64,000 bases of DNA, taken from the NCBI GenBank assembly GCA_964016885.1, contig OZ024744.1:21018001-21082000 (forward strand), in the 5' to 3' direction. The notes under the pieces are model-generated. The model had not been told where the DNA came from. It ran no database searches and saw only the letters and a program-made list of their open reading frames with translations. Shown one piece after another: positions 56,401 through 64,000 of the stretch. Origin of the DNA: Eledone cirrhosa (Eukaryota). The translations under genes and the position numbers were made by a program. Position 1 is the stretch's first letter. Every line of letters starts with the position of its first letter.

Positions 56401-59400
56401 ATTTTAACAACAGTTGAATCTTACGATAAAACTCGTTTTAACAACAGTTGAATCTTATGAACTAACTCATTTTAACAACAGTTGAATCTTAAGTTAAGAC
56501 TCGTTTTAACAACAGTTGAATCTTAAGAACTGACTCGTTTTAACAACAGTTGAATCTTAAGATAAAACTCGTTTTAACAACAGTTGAATCTTATGAACTA
56601 ACTCATTTTAACAACAGTTGAATCTTAAGTTAAGACTCGTTTTAACAACAGTTGAATCTTAAGAACTGACTCGTTTTAACGACAGCTGAATCTTAAGATA
56701 AAACTCGTTTTAACAACAGTTGGATCTTAAGAACTGACTCGTTTTAACAACAGTTGAATCTTACGATAAAACTCGTTTTAACAACAGTTGAATCTTATGA
56801 ACTAACTCATTTTAACAACAGTTGAATCTTAAGTTAAGACTCGTTTTAACAACAGTTGAATATTAAGACAAAACCCGTTTTAACAACAGTTGAATCTTAA
56901 GAACTGTCTCGTTTTAACAACAGTTGAATCTTAAGATAAACCTCGTTTTAACAACAGTTTAATCTTAAGAACTGACTCGTTTTAACAACAGTTGAATCTT
57001 AAGACAAAACTCGTTTTAACAACAGTTGAATCTTAAGAACTGACTTGTTCTAACAACAGTTCAGCCTTAAGAACTGACTCGTTTTAAAACAGTTGAATCG
57101 TTAGAACTGACTCGTTTTAACAACAGTTGAATCTTAAAATAAAACTCGTTTTAACAATAGTTGAATCTCAAGAACTGACTCGTTTTAGCAACAGTTGAAT
57201 CTTAAGATAACACTCGTTTTCATAACAGTTGAATCTTAAGAACTGTCTCGTTTTAACAACAGTTGAACTTTAAGATAAACCTCGTTTTGACAACAGTTGA
57301 ATCTTAAGAACTGACTCGTTTTAACAACATTTAAATCTTAATAACTGACTCGTTTTAACAACAGTTGAATGTTAAGATAAAACTCGTTTTAACAATAGTT
57401 GAATCTTAAGATAAAACTCGTTTTAACAACAGTTCAAACTTAAGAAATGACTCGTTTTAACAACAGTTGAATCTTATGAACTGACTCATTTTAACAACAG
57501 TTGAATCCTAAGAACTGATTCGTTTTAACAACAGTTGAATCTTAAGATAAAACTCGTTTTAACAACAGTTGAATCTTAAGAACTGACTCGTTTTAACAAC
57601 AGCTGAATCTTAAGATAAAACTCGTTTTAACAACAGTTCAAACTTAAGAAATGACTCGTTTTAAGAAAAGTTGAATCTTATGAACTCACTCATTTTAACA
57701 ACAGTTGAATCTTAAGATAACATTCGTTTTAACAACAGTTGAATCTTAAGAACTGATTCGTTTTAACAACAGTTGAATCTTAAGATAAAACTCGTTTTAA
57801 CAACAGTTGAATCTTAAGAACGGACTTGTTTTAACAACAGCTGAATCTTAAGATAAAACTCGTTTTAACAACAGTTGAATCTTAAGAACTGATTCGTTTT
57901 AACAACAGTTCAAACTTAAGAACTGATTCGTTTTAACAACAGTTGAATCTTATGAACTGACTCATTTTAACAACAGTTGAATCTTAAGATAACATTCGTT
58001 TTAACAACAGTTGAATCTTAAGAACTGACTCGTTTTAACAACAGTTGAATCTTAAGATAAAACTCGTTTTAACAACAGTTGAATCTTAAGAACTGACTCG
58101 TTTTAACGACAGCTGAATCTTAAGATAAATCTCGTTTTAACAACAGTTGAATCTTAAAGATAAAACTCGCTTTAACAACAGTTGAATCTTAAGAACTGAC
58201 TCGTTTTAACAACAGTTGAATCTTAAGACAAAATCCGTTTTAACAACAGTTGAATATTAAGAACTGTCTCGTTTTAACAACAGTTGAATGTTAAGATAAA
58301 ACTCGTTTTAACAATAGTTGTATCTTAAGAACTGACTCGTTTTAACAACAGTTGAATCTTCAAATAAAACTCGTTTTAACAACAGTTGAATCTTAAGAAC
58401 TGACTCGTTTTAACAACAGTTGAATGTTAAGATAAAACTCGTTTTAACAATAGTGGAATCTTAAGAACTGATTCGTTTTAACAACAGTTGAATCTTAAGA
58501 TAAAACTCGTTTTAACAACAGTTGAATCTTAAGAACTGACTCGTTTTAACGACAGATGAATCTTAAGATAAAACTCGTTTTAACAACAGTTCAAACTTAA
58601 GAAATGACTCGTTTTAACAACAGTTGAATCTTATGAACTGACTCATTTTAACAACAGTTGAATCTTAAGAACTGATTCGTTTTAACAACAGTTGAATCTT
58701 AAGATAAAACTCGTTTTAACAACAGTTGAATCTTAAGTACTGACTCGTTTTAACAACAGCTGAATCTTAAGATAAAACTCGTTTTAACAACAGTTGATTC
58801 TTAAGAACTGACTCGATTTAACAACAGCTGAATCTTAAGATAAAACTCGTTTTAACAACAGTTGAATCTTAAGATAAAACTCGTTTTAACAACAGTTGAA
58901 TCTTAAGAACTGACTCGTTTTAACAACAGTTGAATCTTAAGATAAAACTCGTTTTAACAACAGTTGAATCTTATGAACTAACTCATTTTAACAACAGTTG
59001 AATCTTAAGTTAAGACTCGTTTTAACAACAGTTGAATCTTAAGAACTGACTCGTTTTAACGACAGCTGAATCTTAAGATAAAACTCGTTTTAACAACAGT
59101 TGGATCTTAAGAACTGACTCGTTTTAACAACAGTTGAATCTTACGATGAAACTCGTTTTAACAACAGTTGAATCTTATGAACTAACTCATTTTAACAACA
59201 GTTGAATCTTAAGTTAAGACTCGTTTTAACAACAGTTGAATCTTAAGAACTGACTCGTTTTAACAACAGTTGAATCTTAAGACAAAACCCGTTCTAACAA
59301 CAGTTGAATCTTAAGAACTGTCTCGTTTTAACAACAGTTGAATCTTAAGATAAACCTCGTTTTAACAACAGTTTAATCTTAAGAACTGACTCGTTTTAAC

Positions 59401-60086
59401 AACAGTTGAATCTTAAGACAAAACTCGTTTTAACAACAGTTGAATCTTAAGAACTGACTTGTTCTAACAACAGTTCAGCCTTAAGAACTGACTCGTTTTA
59501 AAACAGTTGAATCGTTAGAACTGACTCGTTTTAACAACAGTTGAATCTTAAAATAAAACTCGTTTTAACAATAGTTGAATCTCAAGAACTGACTCGTTTT
59601 AGCAACTGTTGAATCTTAAGATAACACTCGTTTTCATAACAGTTGAATCTTAAGAACTGTCTCGTTTTAACAACAGTTGAATTTTAAGATAAACCTCGTT
59701 TTGACAACAGTTGAATCTTAAGAACTGACTCGTTTTAACAACAGTTAAATCTTAATAACTGACTCGTTTTAACAACAGTTGAATGTTAAGATAAAACTCG
59801 TTTTAACAATAGTTGAATCTTAAGAACTGACTCGTTTTAACAACAGTTGAATCTTAAGATAAAACTCGTTTTAACAACTGTTGAATCTTAAGAACTGACT
59901 CGTTTTAACAACAGTTGAATGTTAAGATAAAACTCGTTTTAACAATAGTGGAATCTTAAGAACTGACTCGTTTTAACAACAATTGAATCTTAAGATAAAA
60001 CTTGTTTTAACAACAGTTGAATCTTAAGAACTGACTCGTTTTAACAACAGCTGAATCTTAAGATAAAACTCGTTTTAACAACAGTT
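53495..60086. repeat. Copy of ~43027-49618 (offset 10468 bp)
   Basis: AGCC markers at 43877/54345, 45100/55568, 46595/57063 and 49009/59477. Chimeric monomer GTTTAATCTTATGAACTAAC at 43567/54035. Confidence 0.9.
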
Positions 60087-63000
60087 TAAACTTAAGAAAT
60101 GACTCGTTTTAACAAAAGTTGAATCTTATGAACGCACTCATTTTAACAACAGTTGTATCTTAAGATAACATTCGTTTTAACAACAGTTGAATCTTAAGAA
60201 CTGATTCGTTTTAACAACAGTTGAATCTTAAGATAAAACTCGTTTTAACAACACGTGAATCTTAAGAACGGACTCGTTTTAACAACACATGAATCTTAAG
60301 ATAAAACTCGTTTTAACAACAGTTGAATCTTAAGAACTGATTCGTTTTAACAACAGTTCAAACTTAAGAACTGACTCGTTTTAACAACAGTTGAATCTTA
60401 TGAACTGACTCATTTTAACAACAGTTGAATCTTAAGATAACATTCGTTTTAACAACAGTTGAATCTTAAGAACTGACTCGTTTTAACAACAGTTGAATCT
60501 TAAAGATAAAACTCGTTTCGACAACAGTTGAATCTTAAGAACTGACTCGTTTTAACAACAGCTGAATCTTAAGATAAAACTCGTTTTAACAACAGTTGAA
60601 TCTTAAGATAAAACTCGTTTTAACAACAGTTGAATCTTAAGAACTGACTCGTTTTAACGACAGCTGAATCTTAAGATAAAACTCGTTTTAACAACAGTTC
60701 AAACTTAAGAAATGACTCGTTTTAACAACAGTTGAATCTTATGAACTGACTCATTTTAACAACAGTTGAATCTTAAGAACTGATTCGTTTTAACAACAGC
60801 TGAATCTTAAGATAAAACTCGTTTTAACAACAGTTGAATCTTAAGAACTGACTCGTTTTAACAACAGCTGAATCTTAAGATAAAACTCGTTTTAACAACA
60901 GTTGAATCTTAAAGATAAAACTCGTTTCGACAACAGTTGAATCTTAAGAACTGACTCGTTTTAACAACAGCTGAATCTTAAGATAAAACTCGTTTTAACA
61001 ACAGTTGAATCTTAAGATAAAACTCGTTTTAACAACAGTTGAATCTTAAGAACTGACTCGTTTTAACGACAGCTGAATCTTAAGATAAAACTCGTTTTAA
61101 CAACAGTTCAAACTTAAGAAATGACTCGTTTTAACAACAGTTGAATCTTATGAACTGACTCATTTTAACAACAGTTGAATCTTAAGAACTGATTCGTTTT
61201 AACAACAGCTGAATCTTAAGATAAAACTCGTTTTAACAACAGTTGAATCTTAAGAACTGACTCGTTTTAACAACAGCTGAATCTTAAGATAAAACTCGTT
61301 TTAACAACAGTTGAATCTTAAGAACTGACTCGTTTTAACAACAGCTGAATCTTAAGATAAAACTCGTTTTAACAACAGTTGAATCTTAAGATAAAACTCG
61401 TTTTAACAACAGTTGAATCTTAAGAACTGACTCGTTTTAACAACAGTTGAATCTTAAGATAAAACTCGTTTTAACAACAGTTGAATCTTATGAACTAACT
61501 CATTTTAACAACAGTTGAATCTTAAGTTAAGACTCGTTTTAACAACAGTTGAATCTTAAGAACTGACTCGTTTTAACGACAGCTGAATCTTAAGATAAAA
61601 CTCGTTTTAACAACAGTTGGATCTTAAGAACTGACTCGTTTTAACAACAGTTGAATCTTACGATAAAACTCGTTTTAACAACAGTTGAATCTTATGAACT
61701 AACTCATTTTAACAACAGTTGAATCTTAAGTTAAGACTCGTTTTAACAACAGTTGAATCTTAAGAACTGACTCGTTTTAACAACAGTTGAATCTTAAGAC
61801 AAAACCCGTTTTAACAACAGTTGAATCTTAAGAACTGTCTCGTTTTAACAACAGTTGAATCTTAAGATAAACCTCGTTTTAACAACAGTTTAATCTTAAG
61901 AACTGACTCGTTTTAACAACAGTTGAATCTTAAGACAAAACTCGTTTTAACAACAGTTGAATCTTAAGAACTGACTTGTTCTAACAACAGTTCAGCCTTA
62001 AGAACTGACTCGTTTTAAAACAGTTGAATCGTTAGAACTGACTCGTTTTAACAACAGTTGAATCTTAAAATAAAACTCGTTTTAACAATAGTTGAATCTC
62101 AAGAACTGACTCGTTTTAGCAACAGTTGAATCTTAAGATAACACTCGTTTTCATAACAGTTGAATCTTAAGAACTGTCTCGTTTTAACAACAGTTGAATT
62201 TTAAGATAAACCTCGTTTTGACAACAGTTGAATCTTAAGAACTGACTCGTTTTAACAACAGTTAAATCTTAATAACTGACTCGTTTTAACAACAGTTGAA
62301 TGTTAAGATAAAACTCGTTTTAACAATAGTTAAATCTTAAGAACTGACTCGTTTTAACAACAGTTGAATCTTAAGATAAAACTCGTTTTAACAACTGTTG
62401 AATCTTAAGAACTGACTCGTTTTAACAACAGCTGAATCTTAAGATAAAACTCGTTTTAACAACAGTTGAATCTTAAGAACTGACTCGTTTTAACAACAGT
62501 TGAATCTTCAAATAAAACTCGTTTTAACAACAGTTGAATCTTAAGAACTGACTCGTTTTAACAACAGTTGAATGTTAAGATAAAACTCGTTTTAATAATA
62601 GTGGAATCTTAAGAACTGACTCGTTTTAACAACAGTTGAATCTTAAGATAAAACTCGTTTTAACAACAGTTGAATCTTAAGAACTGACTTGTTTTAACAA
62701 CAGCTGAATCTTAAGATAAAACTCGATTTAACAACAGTTCAAACTTAAGAAATGACTCGTTTTAACAAAAGTTGAATCTTATGAACTCACTCATTTTAAC
62801 AACAGTTGAATCTTAAGATAACATTCGTTTTAACAACAGTTGAATCTTAAGATAAAACTCGTTTTAACAACAGTTGAATCTTATGAACTAACTCATTTTA
62901 ACAACAGTTGAATCTTAAGTTAAGACTCGTTTTAACAACAGTTGAATCTTAAGAACTGACTCGTTTTAACGACAGCTGAATCTTAAGATAAAACTCGTTT

Positions 63001-64000
63001 TAACAACAGTTGGATCTTAAGAACTGACTCGTTTTAACAACAGTTGAATCTTACGATAAAACTCGTTTTAACAACAGTTGAATCTTATGAACTAACTCAT
63101 TTTAACAACAGTTGAATCTTAAGTTAAGACTCGTTTTAACAACAGTTGAATCTTAAGAACTGACTCGTTTTAACAACAGTTGAATCTTAAGACAAAACCC
63201 GTTTTAACAACAGTTGAATCTTAAGAACTGTCTCGTTTTAACAACAGTTGAATCTTAAGATAAACCTCGTTTTAACAACAGTTTAATCTTATGAACTAAC
63301 TCATTTTAACAACAGTTGAATCTTAAGTTAAGACTCGTTTTAACAACAGTTGAATCTTAAGAACTGACTCGTTTTAACAACAGTTGAATCTTAAGACAAA
63401 ACCCGTTTTAACAACAGTTGAATCTTAAGAACTGTCTCGTTTTAACAACAGTTGAATCTTAAGATAAACCTCGTTTTAACAACAGTTGAATCTTAAGAAC
63501 TGACTCGTTTTAACAACAGTTGAATCTTAAGACAAAACTCGTTTTAACAACAGTTGAATCTTAAGAACTGACTTGTTCTAACAACAGTTCAGCCTTAAGA
63601 ACTGACTCGTTTTAAAACAGTTGAATCGTTAGAACTGACTCGTTTTAACAACAGTTGAATCTTAAAATAAAACTCGTTTTAACAATAGTTGAATCTCAAG
63701 AACTGACTCGTTTTAGCAACAGTTGAATCTTAAGATAACACTCGTTTTCATAACAGTTGAATCTTAAGAACTGTCTCGTTTTAACAACAGTTGAATTTTA
63801 AGATAAACCTCGTTTTGACAACAGTTGAATCTTAAGAACTGACTCGTTTTAACAACAGTTAAATCTTAATAACTGACTCGTTTTAACAACAGTTGAATGT
63901 TAAGATAAAACTCGTTTTAACAATAGTTGAATCTTAAGATAAAACTCGTTTTAACAACAGTTGAATCTTAAGATAACACTCGTTTTCATAACAGTTGAAT
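58334..64000. repeat. Copy of ~38620-44286 (offset 19714 bp), running to the window end
   Basis: AGCC markers at 39763/59477, 42280/61994 and 43877/63591. Rare variants GTATCTTAAGATAACATT (40441/60155), ATAATAGTGG (42881/62595), GATTTAACAACAGTTC (43011/62725). Chimeric monomer at 43567/63281. Confidence 0.9.

Larger units (their letters stand above)
1..64000. repeat. 34-bp tandem satellite array (about 1,882 monomers; A/B types forming a 68-bp dimer), open at both window ends
   Basis: Monomer starts at 1, 35, 69 ... and the last at 63987. Consensus is AACAACAGTTGAATCTTAAGA[ACTG|TAAA]ACTCGTTTT. No non-repeat sequence or orientation switch was seen. Almost all variants are substitutions or +/-1 indels. 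Confidence 0.99.

Noticed and set aside
1-64000. Protein-coding repeat ORF on either strand
   Set aside because: The + strand has stops at monomer positions 10 (TGA), 17 (TAA), 22 or 24 (TAA/TGA) and 34 (TAA). The - strand has two TAA per monomer. Because 34 is not a multiple of 3, every frame closes within about 100 bp in the standard code. Frequent +/-1 indel monomers also argue against coding.
1-64000. CRISPR array
   Set aside because: There are no unique spacers. The variable segment is only 4 bp with two main alleles, and no leader or cas genes are present.
1-64000. Transposon insertion, unique island or inversion hidden in the array (TTAA piggyBac-type targets are abundant)
   Set aside because: I found no departure from the monomer or its orientation on reading through. 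The indel tally accounts for the final register (-2 bp), leaving no room for a foreign insert unless its length were a multiple of 34.
1-64000. Telomerase-synthesised telomeric repeat
   Set aside because: There is no G-rich strand bias, the unit is longer than the telomeric repeats I know, and kb-scale inherited variant orders indicate recombinational amplification rather than copying from one template.
1-64000. Rolling-circle/MDA or sequencing concatemer artefact
   Set aside because: Variants are shared hierarchically among blocks and are spatially layered, unlike random read errors or a single re-read circle. Copy number of the near-identical blocks still needs read support.
1-64000. tRNA, rRNA, intrinsic terminators or promoters
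   Set aside because: No such sequence features are present. The short stems followed by TTTT are too weak (4-6 bp, AT-rich) and lack any gene context.

Overview
The whole 64,000-bp window is one uninterrupted, single-orientation, AT-rich (~29% GC) tandem satellite array. It holds about 1,882 copies of a 34-bp monomer plus a partial copy. Two monomer types mostly alternate as a 68-bp dimer: A = AACAACAGTTGAATCTTAAGAACTGACTCGTTTT and B = AACAACAGTTGAATCTTAAGATAAAACTCGTTTT, differing only at monomer positions 22-25. I see no CDS (all six frames hit stops within about 3 monomers), no RNA gene, no transposon insertion and no CRISPR spacers. Diagnostic variant monomers occur in fixed orders and form reusable modules. 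These build an irregular higher-order repeat of about 2.3-2.8 kb, with recent nested duplications at offsets of about 2.8, 3.9, 8.0, 10.5 and 19.7 kb. Variants are layered along the array, +1 and -1 indel monomers nearly cancel, and many recurrent variants create or extend short dyads. This looks most like eukaryotic centromeric, pericentromeric or subtelomeric satellite DNA. I cannot identify the organism or family, and I see no direct evidence of a protein- or RNA-encoding system. All counts and block boundaries were read by eye and are approximate.
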